Source: Blasia pusilla | Taxonomy: Eukaryota | Direction: 5' to 3' | Assembly: GCA_050084515.1 (NCBI GenBank) | Contig: CM114271.1 | Coordinates: 4,340,001-4,404,000 of the forward strand | Length of the DNA stretch: 64,000 nt | Shown: in pieces, positions 25,501-39,027 of the stretch | How positions within the stretch are numbered: the stretch's first letter is position 1 | Layout: the number at the start of each line of letters is the position of its first letter | Notes under the pieces: generated by a model | Seen by the model: only the letters and a program-made list of their open reading frames with translations | Told to the model about the DNA's origin: nothing | Database searches by the model: none | Position numbers and translations under genes: made by a program

Positions 25501-28500
25501 GAGAAACTAAAATAGTTCATGTTATTTCTGTCATGTTGCAGGCTTCTTTGTGGATATTGAATTGACCCATGTGGATGACACCACTCCCACCCTGTCTAAG
25601 GAGGATGTAAGGCGGAAGTTGGCAGTTGTATCTACAGAAGAAACAGTAATCCAACCTGTGGCAGCAAAGGATGGTTCAGAACAAGCTGCAGTGTTGGATG
25701 ATACAGAGCACCTGATGCTGAAACTCAAGTTTCTACCTTACAAGGTCATTACACAAACCCCAAATTAGTTGCGGAGTCTCTCAACAGAACAATAGTGTAG
25801 CTCGTCATGTTCTGCAAATGTCATAACCATTTATATTCTTATATGTACAGCATGGTTACCCTATCACATGTTCGGGTGAAAAGAGACACCAGCAAAAGTA
25901 TCTCCTTGTACAAAATCAAAACTAGCGTCATCTAATCCATCTATGATTTCAGCGCGTACACAATCAGCAAATCAGTCTCTAGCTCACTTGTCTAATCAGA
26001 CCACTATCATGAAGTGACTCTCCTTATTATCTCTCAGATTCTAAGGAGGATTCTACATAGTCACACCCTGCACTCACAACACAGATCCTCAGATGTCTCC
26101 AAAGATCACACATCGCTCCCATCACTAAGCACAAACAATTTTCGTCAGCTCTCTGGACAAAACTTCCTTTGAGCAAACACAGAACTCAGTGTCGGTCTCC
26201 TCTTCCTTCCTCTCAGATCACTCTGCAGTAGGGCCAGTGCGGCATGACACACCAAGAGCCTCAGGAGTCCTCACCAAAAGCTTTGCATGCTATATAATTA
26301 TCTTCCAACTCTAAGCAAAGATAATCTATACATGAGAGAGTTTTTCTGACATTTAGGTCTTCTTGAACAGATTCAGACCGTAAGTACATGATGGTGGCTA
26401 ACCCTAATTTGAGATTGCGCCAAAAAAGATATAAGAGCTCTGCGTTGTGTCCAACTAAATAAGTTAGTATCCAACTAACGAGTGTTAGGGCATGACTAAA
26501 CTAGATAAAACAGTTTTCAACATGTGCAATTGCCTTGCAAAACCCTCTTATTGTAGATCATCCATGAGGTGTGCTCCCACAGAAATACTCGCACACTTAA
26601 GGTCTTGAAGAAGAGATTGTTTGAATGCATGCCGATAATGTGTTTCGGATCAATTTTCAGTTGCGCACATTTCTCATTCGAAATGGTCTGGCACCCCTAC
26701 TCAACAAAGGAGTGGCCGAGTACAAGACTTACTATATGAGGTGAGACTTAATTTCCACAGAATCAGATATTCTGATGTAATTTTCTGTGAAGCTTCCTTC
26801 GTTTCAAACCTACATGACTGCCCCATAGGTTTCTTCCAGAACCCCTCTCAAGGAGAAAGGATGGGCCTCATGGCAAGGGAAACAAACTAGGTAGAGATCC
26901 CACTTCTTGTATTTTTTTGCAATATTGTGTGTTGATTAGGAGTTTAGATAGAGATTTGTTTTCTCAGCTATCTAACAAATTGGATTCAGCAGTCACGCCC
27001 AGTTTTCCTCTGAGATTTATTCCTTGTCCTTATGTGCGATGATCCACGACTCTAAACAGACAAATGAAGAACTGGGGTACATCTGCCCCAAAACAGAAAG
27101 AGCTTATACAACTTCTGGATGAATGGTAACTCTCTATGATAACTTTATCATGAAGGCGGGTGTCTTATCTCCTAGAATTTTACATTAGAAGTTTTAGAGA
27201 GAATGTGAGCTTATCGAGCTTTCAAACTGAAGTCACTTAGTATGAAATTATGATTTAGTACTCTATTGTGCTTTTGGTGCTCCATTTGCTGACATCCGAG
27301 ATCATTTAGTCATTGTTTTTGTGACTTCGTTGACATAAATTGCCTCTGATTCATGAATTGTGGAACATTTCCTTTGACTGATGGGAATAAAGAAAGTAGA
27401 CAATGAAATTGCTGCATGAATAGAGTTGTGTTTGTCCCTCCGTTTCTGTAACAGGTTTTTGTGAAGTAAATTTTTTTTTTCTGTGATTTGTGGCTATATT
27501 TGTTCTACAACAGGGCAGTGTATGCCACAAAGCATATCAAGGATAAGAAGCTTCACAATAGCTACTTGTCGGTAGCCGAACCATTTCTAGAGAAGTATGC
27601 GCAACGAAGTCCCAAGAACCAGAGGTTGATTGGGGCAGCTGGCTCTGCGGTGAATGTTGAGCAGTTCTTAGCTGAAACGAGTGGGGAGAGAAGTGAGGAG
27701 GAGGATGACTCCACTCCTGTAGAAGACGAAACCCCCAGTACTTCAACATCTGATGCTACTTCTGCCAAAAAGGCCAAAGGGATGTTGATTTTCTTTCCTG
27801 GTATGTGAATGTTCTTCATTTATATGTTACTCATCAGGCCTGGAGCCAAAATGAGAATTTAGGTCTGGCTGCGTAGATGGAGGCTGACCTAAAACGGACC
27901 CGAAGATATTTCCAAAAATAGAGCTGATAAACTTATTCCTCTAAAATAGCTATCCCTAAACTTAGAAGAGACTTTAGGCATAATTATCTATATTTCTACC
28001 TACTGTACTAGATCAGATCAGGGGCAACTACTGTCCGTCATTGCTCCTAGCTAACTTCTTTACACAATACAATCCATATGTCTTTTGTTTGGAATGTACT
28101 GCTTTCTCAACAATAACATGTTCACGTTTTCACAAGCCTACTCCTAAGAAGTACTATTGTGGAGCTGCAGGAATTCCTGGTTGTGCAAAATCAGCTCTCT
28201 GTGCAGAGATTAGAAAGGTGACCGACCTTGGTCAGCAGCATCATCTGATGGGAGATCTCACTAAAGGTATGTAACAGCTTTTAGGTTTGTGTGAGTGCAC
28301 ACCAGGAAGTTAAAAATAAATTCTCAGGTTATTTGAGGAAGGCAATTGGAATGCTATCATATGATGACTAGTGCTGAAACTATCTAGAGTTGAGCTGAGG
28401 AGCAGTAGTATACTGCCGGTATTTTGTGTAAAAGTGTCTAATTTTCTGTTGCTATCCCCAGACTATGTACTAGTCTAGATCCCTGCAAGGGACAAATTAG

Positions 28501-31500
28501 GTCCAAGACAAGAGGGTAAAAGCCCCTAGGCTATGATGTGTATACAGTGGAAGGAAACCACTAGCCTAGTGACTCCAGGTAAGTGGGAGGACGAGTCACA
28601 AGCCTGTGACTCATCCTTATGAGTTACATAATGATCATTAGGGCTGCTGAAAGTAGCCTTATAGTGACTGCTGTAACTTTAAGAGACAGTAGTCCACCAT
28701 AAGACACAACAGGTTACTTGGGTGATGGTTACGGCAGTTACCTTGAGCCATTTAGCTGGTAAAATTTAAACTTAAATGCTTGGAAGAGGAGGAAATCCTC
28801 TTTCCCACCAGTTAAATTTAATTTTGAATTGGAAAAAATCGATATTTATAATAATCAAATAAATATTATATGTGTTCTGCCAGAAGGGTTCTTTGAGCTA
28901 CCTATTCTTAACAGACTTAGTAAGCCTAAAACTTTATGTAACACATGTATTCATCCACTATTCTCACTTATGGAGTATTCGACAAATACTTATGCCGAGC
29001 ATTCGGCTCAAAGATGCGGAGGTTGGAAAAAGCTGGATTGATCGATGTAGAAGAATTTGGTTGATCATGAACACATATCCTTGCTCATCTTTTGAGGGGG
29101 GACATGTTGGTGCCTGTGGGGGTTGGGAAGAAATTGAACTGTGGCTTTGGTTTCATATTAAGTATAGAGAGAGAAGTTGAGGAGCAGTAACTCAAGGTAA
29201 GTGTGAGGGTCACGAAGCATCTTTTAGTGCTGCATCCTTTCGCAGCACCAAAAGATGTGTAAGGTGCAAAATGGTTATTAGTTCCTCAGTAGACTTAGTA
29301 AGCCATACAACGCATTTAATATTCGTGTATCTATCTAGCACCTAGGTGGCGTTGTTTTTGGCAGTTGACATGTATGACAGATGGATTGAGAAATGGATGT
29401 AACGTGTTAATAGACCATCCACTTTTTATACTACAGTCTAGCATGTTGAGTTTCAGCTGATGCTATTTCTGTACTCCAATAGAGTTAATTCCACCAGTGG
29501 AAATAAATTGTGGAACATCGGGTTGGTCTGTCCCCTATGTTTTGCTTATCCAGGCTCATGTCATTGCAGGAAGATACTGGCAAATACTAGCCGAACAACG
29601 CAAGAAAAAGCCACTGGCAATAACTTTGGCGGACAAAAATGCTCCCAATGAGGAAGTGTGGAAGCAGGTAAATGAAGGCGTATTGGTAGTCTGGGTTGTG
29701 TGAAGGCTCCATAATCATAAATTGTCCATCAGCTTGCAACTTTTTTAGAGTGGGTCTTAAGGTCCAACTCTTTCAGTAACATGTTTCTTCAGCATTCCAG
29801 TTCTGTTATTTTATTACTCGAGAAAAGATAAGCAAAGTATAAACCAAGTGCAGCTCAACCTTTCATGTTTTTCACACTTGCAGAACTGGCGTGTATACCT
29901 GTGGAGTCTATACAATTCCTCTTTTAAAGATTTTAGGAACCAATCTCTAAGGTCATAAGAGTTCAGAATTCGTGTTGTTATACTGGTTCTATTTATCTCT
30001 GAAGTTGTTCTGAGTTTTGAACATTTGCATATCGTGTTGTGTCACCTATCTTGCAGATAGAGAATATTTGTGAAAGCACTCATTCAATAGGTGTTCCAAT
30101 TGTTTCCGACTCACCAGGTTTCTATTGTTCTGTCCAACCTTCCCACTCTATTTATTTTATTCCCTTGGTGAAGTACTGTTGTTGATTTCAGCTTTATATT
30201 TGTGCCACAAATTGAGTCATGTCTATATATCTGGTTTTGAATGTCTCAGTGACAGAAACGGAGTAGTAGAAACTGCAATGTGAATGGGAACTATCAAAGA
30301 ATAATCCCATATTGACAGAGTTTCTGCCCTGATTCATTCAGGCACTGAATCCAATCCGTACTCTCTCGATGCATTGGCAATCTTTATCTACCGGGTCCTC
30401 CAAAGAGTTGAACACCCTGTAAAGTATTCTGAACTAACCCGATATTTGGTGATTTACTGAAATCGCTTGGGTAGAAATAGCAATTTCAAGCATAGAAATT
30501 GAGGAGCATTTGCAGCAATGAAGAGTGAGATCAGCTCTTTAAAGTTGAAGTGATCACTTCTACTTGGTTTGCAACATGACATGCCCCCATAAATTTTCTA
30601 ATTGCTAGTGAAATAATTTTACATTGGCCGGAATAAGTTGATAATCCTGACATTAGGGTAGGTATTTAATATCAGAAATTGATCTTACCTCTTGGATTTA
30701 ATGCGCTATCAGCCAAACATTGTCATGCTTACAAACATTGGAATTGCAAATTGTGCAGGGTAAACTGGATAAAAACACACCGAATCCAGGCGCAATTTTG
30801 CTTATGTTCTACAACTTGTACAAGGGCAAGGTAAGTCGATATGGTGGCTGAAGTGTAGCTCTATAAGCCCAAGGAACTACTGAGAAACTGTAATTGAGCC
30901 CAATTCAGTACTGTGCAAATGATGGACTGATGTTGGTGTAAAGAAGTCAGGGTTAATGATGTTGCAATTTAGGCAATTAAAAAGATGCTTCAGAAACCCT
31001 AAACTACAGAAATTTTGTACTGATGCGTGCAGTTTGTGCTATAGATCTTTTCTATACCATACACAGTCATCCCTCCCTTCTACTGCTGCAATGAATTAGC
31101 CAAAAATATATACTCTGCAAAATATTTTCTGTTGAGTTCTTCTGTCTTTCATGAGCAAAACTATCTATTATCTATTACAACTTAGCCTATGTTGTCGCAG
31201 GATCGGAAAGAGTTCGAAGATGAATTAAAAGAACGGTTTGGACATCTGGTGAAGATGCCACTTCTTAAAGCAGACAGGTTAGGCATGCTCCTTATTTTAT
31301 TCATGTACCTCATTACTTGAAAGTAATGTGTAGTACTGATCTTGATGTGCATTGCAGAGAACTATTACCACCACCCATTTTGGAGGTTCTTGAACAAGGA
31401 CTTGATCTATATAAACGGCACACTGCAAAGCATGGAAGGCAAGATGGTCACTTGTGCAAGATACTGTGTTGAATAACTTTTCAGATATACATGAAAGGAA

Positions 31501-32916
31501 TCGTCTAGCTGAATAGGAGTTTCATTGAACACGGCCTTTCTGTTGTATATGTCATGTAATTGTGACATTGAAACTGTATATCACCCTTGCAGGTTGGAGA
31601 CTGTAAAGGGCAGTTTCAAAGATGCTTGGGTTGCCTGGGAATCTCACCTGAGGAAGACCTTATTTGCACACTCCGACTATTTGGACTCCATACAGGTTTC
31701 CAAACAAGTTTTTGACAAATGTTCCATCATGAAGTTTAGTAATCTTATGTTAGCTTAGCCTTGAAATATCACAATGTCTCCCAGGAATTGGTCATGTTGG
31801 TACAGGTCCTCAAGGGTAGTAGCTTCAGAGCTTTCCGGAAGAACTCACACTAACTGGTCAGTAGTGTGTACGTAAGAGATGGTCTTACTCATGATGTGGT
31901 TTTTATATGCAGATTCCTCTCCAGGACTCCGTGAAATCAGTTATGGAGCAAATCCGAGCAATATATAGCTCAGGCTACACTATGCATGTTCCTAAGGCCT
32001 CTGAGGAGCGGTCTTTCCGTACTTTCACCTTTGCTGCTGTGAAGTTACCCCAAGATGAAGTCAGTAAGGCACTGGAAACAGTAAGTTCATGCGGAGCTCC
32101 TTATTATGTGATTGACAGTAAGTTTGTACGAATTTAGTACTATACAATCGAAGGTCAGAGATATCTCCAAAGGGTCCACATATCTTCAATCCTTATCTCG
32201 TGAAAATATTGCATATTAATATATCTTCTCTTCTCTTTGAAAAAGATTTTCGGTTGGAAAACCTGGAGTTGATGTTCTAGGTGTACATGATGGAAAGACG
32301 GATAATCATAGATGCTAAGCTAGTGAACCTCAAGTAGACATCTGTTTTGAGAGGAAGCTGAAGAGTGGGTGTCGTATACTTACGTCAGAATTGGACGAAT
32401 GTTGATAGATTGCAGCACAACATCCTGAGGTTCAAACCTATCTCACTGGAAAGAACTGGAAGGAAAGTTTAGGCAAGCCTCATGTCACCCTTGCACACAA
32501 GCATGCACATGGGGTGGCAGCAGTAGCAGCCTATGGATCACTTCGAGCATCTCCAGCCCCTGTGCAATTCACAGCATTTGTATATTCAGAGAAACTGTGT
32601 GCCTTAGAAGTGCTGTTAAATGTTGGGGAAGAGCAGATCATCAAATCCCTGAATTCCTGGCCTCATGTTACGGTAATGCTGTACTTTACTGTTCCACATT
32701 TTTCTATTTGAGTATGTTTTCGTTTTGAGACATCAGTATGACATCCATCGCAAGTCTGTCAACATGAATGCTTGTTTCTCTCCTCAGGTCTGGACGGGCC
32801 AAGGGATGAAGCCAAAAGATGCGAACGCACTACCTGCTCTTGTTGATAAGGGCCAAGCACAACGAATTGTCTTCTCAAAACCGTTGAGCATCACAGGAAC
32901 TGTAGATTTCTTATAA
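13551..32916 (+). CDS. RNL: Plant-type trifunctional tRNA ligase (adenylyltransferase/ligase + polynucleotide kinase + 2',3'-cyclic phosphodiesterase); start exon(s) not fixed
   Basis: Exons joined by hand at splice sites: 13551-13721, 14024-14125, 14405-14455, 14662-14747, 15262-15361, 20439-20517, 20923-21043, 21330-21436, 21689-21817, 21948-22012, 22308-22475, 23303-23469, 25222-25253, 25542-25744, 26661-26740, 27060-27125, 27514-27800, 28171-28266, 29570-29667, 30057-30117, 30342-30418, 30759-30830, 31201-31277, 31358-31438, 31593-31695, 31913-32080, 32409-32672, 32788-32916 (TAA). Motifs match Arabidopsis RNL as I recall it: ATFYPKFENE, ligase motif I SLKHSGSLF, MELVTAVLGDHGQRP, QGEILEGLVAR, P-loop GIPGCAKS, LADKNAPNE, two CPDase HVT motifs. 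Possible upstream exons 12687-12728 (ATG..., donor GTATGT) and 12874-12909 (donor GTAAGT) are tentative. Confidence 0.95.
16800..17462. mobile_element. Solo LTR nested in the copia relic (copy A)
   Basis: TG...CA termini, flanks GATCT/GAGCT (TSD with one mismatch), colinear similarity with 25869-26522. Confidence 0.8.
18782..19260 (-). mobile_element. LINE 3'-end fragment inserted in the copia RT region
   Basis: Reverse complement matches 24560-24985 (e.g. AAAAGAGAGGACAGATTAT, TACATCAG..GAGTTCCC.GATCTCTTACAAG, TGCAAATCAAAGTC, CAATAAATC plus a degenerate ATTC tail). Confidence 0.75.
20612..20745. repeat. Perfect 32-bp inverted repeat (70-nt loop) in a tRNA ligase intron
   Basis: TGCATGAAGAGGTTAAACAGTGGCCATTTCTG (20612-20643) and its exact reverse complement (20714-20745). 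Confidence 0.95.
23870..24444. mobile_element. Solo LTR with 11-bp terminal inverted repeat; partial second copy at ~27880-28112
   Basis: Begins TGTTGAGAAAG and ends CTTTCTCAACA. Its 3' ~240 bp recur at 27880-28112 ending at the same CTTTCTCAACA. Confidence 0.75.
24445..24985 (+). mobile_element. LINE ORF2 C-terminal remnant and 3' tail
   Basis: LATFRCG..LELDRGKF..KREDRLYKHCTSG..DEQHFLF..YIRLEF resembles the C-terminal Cys/His region of non-LTR ORF2. It is followed by CAATAAATCATTTTATTCATTCATT. Confidence 0.7.
25869..26522. mobile_element. Solo LTR (copy B) filling most of tRNA ligase intron 25745-26660
   Basis: Colinear with 16800-17462 along its whole length, both ending CAGTTTTCAACA. No clean TSD. 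Confidence 0.8.
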
Positions 32917-34665
32917 CCTTGCACTTATGATATGTATAGCAGGGCTAAACCAGTCGACAAGTGGGTCAGAAATGACACGACAGCAAAAGTTAGAAACTGG
33001 GAGGGATTCCATGTGTACTCGATAACGTTTGGGGTTCGATTTTTCACAATTGACTTATTGAAGCAGGATCAGCCGCACATCAGTTTGTGTTGCTGCCCTG
33101 TCTGCTGGACAACGCAACATCCCTCATACATGAATCTGCGTTGTTTTGGAGTACTTACACAACATTCACAGATGTGAACACATACATCAAGGATAGCCGT
33201 AAAGTGGATGCAGGACTGCACGACACACAACAGCCCAGATTAGGCTTTTTTAGGTAAGGACTTCCAGGTGTTTGAAACCCCTGAAACTTGTTGTAGGTTG
33301 TTCAGATGAGCAGATTTGATTTCAACCCTTCTCTAACTCGATAGATTCCTGCCCATTCGTATTTTTCATGCTCAAGTGCTCATGCTCGGAATTTGTGTTT
33401 GATCTTCCTCTTGTTTAATAGACCATGAAGGATTGTTATGTATCGTGTTGTGCAGACTGAAGTTTGACTTAGTGATCATTCTCTTGGGAATCTGGTCCAG
33501 AGAGTGTAGGATTTTGGAGCAGCTTTTAGTCTCCCAAGTAACAGGTTTTGTTCTTACATTCCTTTGAAATCTCATCATTTTGCAGATGAGAAGGCACAAT
33601 ATATTTTCGAGCAATGGAAGCTCTGTGACCGAACAGTGTTGAAGCTATAAGGCTTTAGATGAGAGGAGTATCTACATACTTCCAGTCATTCTTTGAATAA
33701 GTAACAATTCTGCAGTCCACACCTTTTCTAAGAGATGCGCTCTTCACTTGTTCCTAAGATGTATCTTATTCGCATTACATTTGGGTGCTGTTTGAGTATT
33801 GCACAGGCTTGAGCCGTGCCTAGCACAATGAATGTGTATGAATAATGACGGCAGAACTTTTCAACCTGTAGCCAATCTATTTTGTGTTCAGTTGTCGGGG
33901 TGAAAAGCTCGACTTGTTGGTAACTGTTGTAATACAGAATGAAAGTTTACTATATATAAGCGTCCATATCTCCACCTTGACCCCTTCTCCACTCGTGTAG
34001 TGCACGAAAGAAACATGCGTCACCGTACACATCTTCAGAGAGCAACAGAATCTCAACCTCTGGTAACGACCTGGAGACCGGACCTGCTTTCAGTGGAAAT
34101 GAAAAACAAGCCAGGGAAGCTCGGAAATCCCTTACCAACAGAAACTGCGTGAGTCAATTCTGTCTCCCACGGATACCTCACGGACTGTTGCAGATCAATA
34201 GTACTTAATACCCAATCTCGAGACACCTTGTGAAAGAGTGGACGAAGTCCTCGGTCTAACTGCTTCCATTGGACACAGTTTGTTGATCTGGATAGGAAAC
34301 CTTTGTTTCCTGATCAAGACCACTGTCGTTGACCATGACATGCGCTACATAATGTATGGAGTTGGACAAATCTTACACTTCTTCTCCCAATTTAACCCAG
34401 ACCACAATTATGTTAAGAACAGTCCTTGAATTTTCGAATATGCTCAGCCAAGAATACAACGTAGCGGTTTGCTGTCACTGGCGTGAAAGCAAACAATTCA
34501 GGATATGAAACTTTATCAATTCGATTGGAATCGTCTTCACCAATTTTTGATGGTATCACCACCAGTGCAGAATATTCTCTCTGCAATCTTCACATTCAGA
34601 TAACCGGAGAATACCACCCTTTCTACTGTAGTATAATGTGTAATTAGGGTTTAAGTGTGCTCGCC

Positions 34666-34719
34666 ATTTGGGAATGTGTCCCGAGATGACAGATTTGGGA
34701 ATGTGTCCCGAGATGACAG
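34666..34719. repeat. 27-bp perfect tandem duplication
   Basis: ATTTGGGAATGTGTCCCGAGATGACAG x2. Confidence 0.95.
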
Positions 34720-35430
34720 ACAACAGAATGTCACTTTGGAGCCACATCACAACTACAACTTATACACATCTGGCTACTTAGATCTTGCAATTGTATGCTT
34801 TGTAACTCACATAATGCCATTTTCATGAGAATTCCCTAACACGGTACACAACAGGGAATCTGATTAGCTAAGAGGACAGACTGATATGTGTGCAAGGAAG
34901 CATTAGAGACAAATCGATTTCAAAAAAATTTAATAAAAGGAAAAAGAATTAATGCTGTTACACCTTTGAGGTCTTTTGAGAATGGATTGCATGTCATGTG
35001 GACAATTCATTCATCACAGAAGTTGAATTTTCAAGGATATGCTCTTTTCTTATCAGCTAACTTCCGCAAGGATTCACAGCGTATAACTACCAATCCCTTA
35101 GCCTCAATCCCCTACATTGGGCAAGTGTGATAAAAATTGTTCACAGTGGTGACTCTGCGCATAGTTTCACCTTGGTGCCCATGCCCTTTTCGAGGGATTC
35201 TTCATTAGTGGAGAGAAGGCTTGCACCTGCTCACGAAGCATTACAAAGCCCAATTTCTGCAAACCACAGCACAACCAACATAAAATGCTCAATAAACCTT
35301 GAAGCAACCCCCTCAGTTTAATATATTCTAGGTCAGAAAGTGAAAGGCAATGGCAAACATTAATTGACCACCACACATCTCATTGAATATCATAACTGTA
35401 CATGCTCTAGGATTTCCTACGAAAAACAAC

Positions 35431-37743
35431 CTTGCCAAATGCTCTTTTGCAGTTGCCAACGCTTGCGAGATGGTCTGCAGTTCCAGCAGATACGAATATC
35501 AGTAGAAATAAAGGCGTCAAATCAAGATCTCATCAAAGCAGGGACAGCACCTTGGCTTACAAAATACAAAACTGCTTTGTGAATAGCCAGTAATGAAACT
35601 TGCTCTAAATTCATAGTGGTACCACACTACACTCAATCATTCTTACGAGGCCTGATTGCAAAAGATTCTCATTACAATTTCATAGATGGTCACAATGCTA
35701 ATTTCAGGCCAGAGCACTTGTCCAATGGTTCATTTTCAGAGTAGAGAGGCTAGACTGCCAGTTCTCATGGATCTCTCTACTTAGTGGACCCAACTTTGGG
35801 CCCCAAGTTCTTGAAATGGGAGAGCACTTCCAAGCTAGAATAGCCTTCATCTAGTTGATTCTCGTAATGCCAAGAAGCTTGACTTGGAAAGGTTATACAG
35901 AGATAACCCCGAAACAACAACTTACAAAGGTCTGGGCAGAGGCCCGCACACAATCTAAACTAAGCACGAAATTCAGCTTCCCATCTATGCACAGAGCTTC
36001 TCAGGACCTGATGCTGTGTCTCTCAACTTGTAGAACGCCCAACCCCAGCTGAATAATCTAAAATAGCTTTACTCACTCAAAGGTAAGAGCAACCACACCT
36101 ACTTGGATGGTGAAAGTTAAGGAATTCACAAACTTCAGAAGCACAGCCTCTCAATATCATAACTGCTCGCAAGTGCAGACAGGTACGACTATGATCCTTA
36201 TGAGCTCCTGTCTGGGCAAAGAACCCTCTGGCAGTCCATACTCAGGTTAGGAGCACCCTTAAGACATCTGAGTTGGTATTGATAATCCTGCTGGTGGAGA
36301 TCACAAGTCGGGGGCAAGGACTACACATCTCAAATTGTTCAAAGACTCTGATAGAAAATGTAAACCTGCTCAGAGAGTGGTACATCTGCCTCTGCACCAC
36401 GCATAGCCACTCTTCCAGCGATCACATTGGCATCACACTCTAAAATAATTCTGCAAGTAATCACAGTGGAGGAATTATACTTGATTAGCATGAAGTAAAT
36501 GCAGCTCCCTTGGCATTGTAATCTTCACAAAACTAACTGAAACTGGTGAGGAAGTAGTACATACCCTCCATCGACGATCTCGTCCAAGCAGAGGAGAACA
36601 AGATCCAAGTTCTCCAGCACCGTCTTCTTCTCCACATTGCTCCTGCATGCGGGAAAGGTTTAGTGTCGACACCAGGATATGTTTCATGATACGCTGAGTC
36701 ACTGGCCTTCAACTATTCCTCATATAATAGCCCTGCCATTCATGCTTCAAGAAATCTACAAACCTGAGGAGTAGGGACACTGCGTCAAAAAAGCCTTGTA
36801 ATACAGTGGCCAAGATGAGTTCGTTTTCATCATCACCTCCCGTCACGTAAAAGTGCAGATCCGAAATAAACTTGTACACAACAACGAATCCATCGAACAT
36901 TCCTATCTCCGCTGCAGCATCAAGGTACAATACATCAATTTCAAAGCCTGGCAAGAACGAACGAAATTCGGAGGCGAACACGACACATTGCTTCTCAGTA
37001 TGTCTTAATGCTACTGCGTTTCTCTTACCTTCCGATCGCGCGCTTATGCGTTGCGTCTTCGTAAAGATTGATTTCTCGAAAGCCAACTTTCCGGCAAGAT
37101 TTGGCCAATCATCAGAGTAGTATTTCAAAGCTACGCGCTTTCCTTCGGCATCTAGTAGTAGAATGTTCTTGATCAATGGGGCCGACACCTGCCACGCGCA
37201 CGCATGAGAATGACGAAAGAGGTCGAGAGAACGCGAGAATGCATCAGAGTCTTTCTTACATGTTCAAGAGAAATGAAGCAATACGTTAACGGGAGGAGTT
37301 CCTTAGCGTATTGAGATTCATAAACGTCCCTCTGAAGCCAAGACATCCAATCGATACGCTTACAATCGTTCCTGACGAAGCTGCCGTAGTCTCATATCAT
37401 CCCAGGTACGATACAGTGAGTTTGGTACTACTAATCAGACATACACCTTCCCACTGGCCGCTCAAGAGTGTGAGGAAACCTAGATATCATAATATCTTTC
37501 TACCAGTACCAAGACTCCTACAATCGTAATTCGTCCATTGCGCTTCAGCTCAGGCTGACGCTCGACTTCGCGTTTCCTCACCGATCAGATCCAGATCTCC
37601 TTGGAAAGCCAAAAAAAATGCAAAATGCCTCGATCCGCAGTAATGCGAAGTGATAAAAAAGATGGACATAGAAACACTCAATCATTACACAAAGAGCACC
37701 ATCGTCCTCCGAAAATCTTACTCGTCTCGATCCGTACCTCCAT
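35431..37743 (-). CDS. Coatomer subunit zeta (zeta-COP); last few codons unresolved
   Basis: Minus-strand exons 37743-37738 (ATG GAG, donor GTACGG), 37188-37029, 36911-36764, 36642-36565, 36450-36366, 35474-~35431. They give [26 protein letters not shown]...[16 protein letters not shown]...[22 protein letters not shown]...[15 protein letters not shown], the typical clathrin-adaptor small-chain/zeta-COP sequence. Confidence 0.93.
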
Positions 37744-37884
37744 TGCGCAGATCGTCCACTACAATTGCCGCATGTGCTCTAATTCTCTTGTGGCTTGCGC
37801 TCCCTCTCGACGAGCGCTTCAACCGGCCGACATACAAAGACTGCCGACTGGTTGGGAACGCGCGTTTTAACCCAGACAGCAAAT

Positions 37885-37978
37885 GGCCGGGAATAGAACC
37901 GGGGTGCGGCTTACCGGGATTATAGGAGGCCGGGAATAGAACCGGGATGCGGCTTACCGGGATTGTAGGTGGCCGGGA
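37885..37978. repeat. 43-bp tandem repeat (2.2 copies) upstream of zeta-COP
   Basis: GGCCGGGAATAGAACCGGGRTGCGGCTTACCGGGATTRTAGGW x2 followed by GGCCGGGA. Confidence 0.9.
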
Positions 37979-38977
37979 TTTTAACTTCAAGGCGTGAATC
38001 CTATCGGGAAGTTTACCGCCGTCTGCATACGATGCCGGGAAACGGTGTCATGTGTGCCGGGGTAATCCCCTGTCTTAGGCGACCGCCATAGAAACAGCCA
38101 GAGGTTAAGTGGCCCATCAAGCAACGAGGGAAAGTTTGTATGTAGGGGAGGAATGCAACCTTAGGTGAGAACTAACCTTTGGAGGACTAACCTTAGGTGA
38201 GAAAGAGGTAAGGATGGTAAGACTTGGAAGTGAGGAGAATCAAAATGAACCCTAGCCATGGGATATAAAATGCGGATCCAAGATGTAAAGTACCTATGGG
38301 AAGTTGGGAATTGCATAAGTTGGAGACTGACCATCTTGGGGATTAATTAGTAAAATGTGGGTAGTGGGGTAGCAAACCTTGTTGGAGTTGTGGACCAAAA
38401 CAAAAGGCCCAAGGTGGATGATGAAAAAGGTGGATGTAGAGAACAAAACCTTCTCTCTCCATACCCGCTAAAGTCCATGAATAAGGGACTAACCGTATTG
38501 TATGTTTGGTTATGTTTTAGGTTTGAGCTAAGGAATTGTACGATATGCACCTTCAAGTTAAGGGAATAACTAATGCACTCTTATCTAGGATTGCAACTTG
38601 GGGAGATTGATTGAGGCTTGGGAAAGAGGCTACCTAGGGAGACAATATGTACCTTGGGAGACTCAAAACCAATTAATATTTGGGCAACTCCCCAACTACT
38701 TATGGAATGCGCGACCGATTGAGTCTTTGAGGCTTAACCCAAGCCTTCCCCTCACAAATCTCACGGTCGAGAGCACTTAGCGTAGAGGTGAGTCTTTTAT
38801 ATAAGTGTTGAGCGATTAGCTTAGGAAAATAAAGTTTCATGTAACAACTCATCCATAACCCATTCTTGAGGAGCTTTAGAGATTGATGAGTGTAGACTTA
38901 GTCTAATTTTAGGAAAACTTATCATTCATGAGTTTAAGGGAACATGTGTAGCATTAGGCTGTGATCTTAAAGTGTAT

Positions 38978-38980
<3 letters not shown>

Positions 38981-39024
<44 letters not shown>
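38981..39024. repeat. (GA)22 microsatellite
   Basis: Uninterrupted GA run. Confidence 0.98.

Positions 39025-39027
<3 letters not shown>

Noticed and set aside
33950..35430. Terminal coding exon of zeta-COP
   Set aside because: Several weak acceptor candidates give short tails and none matches the expected RSLL-type ending clearly; needs cDNA.
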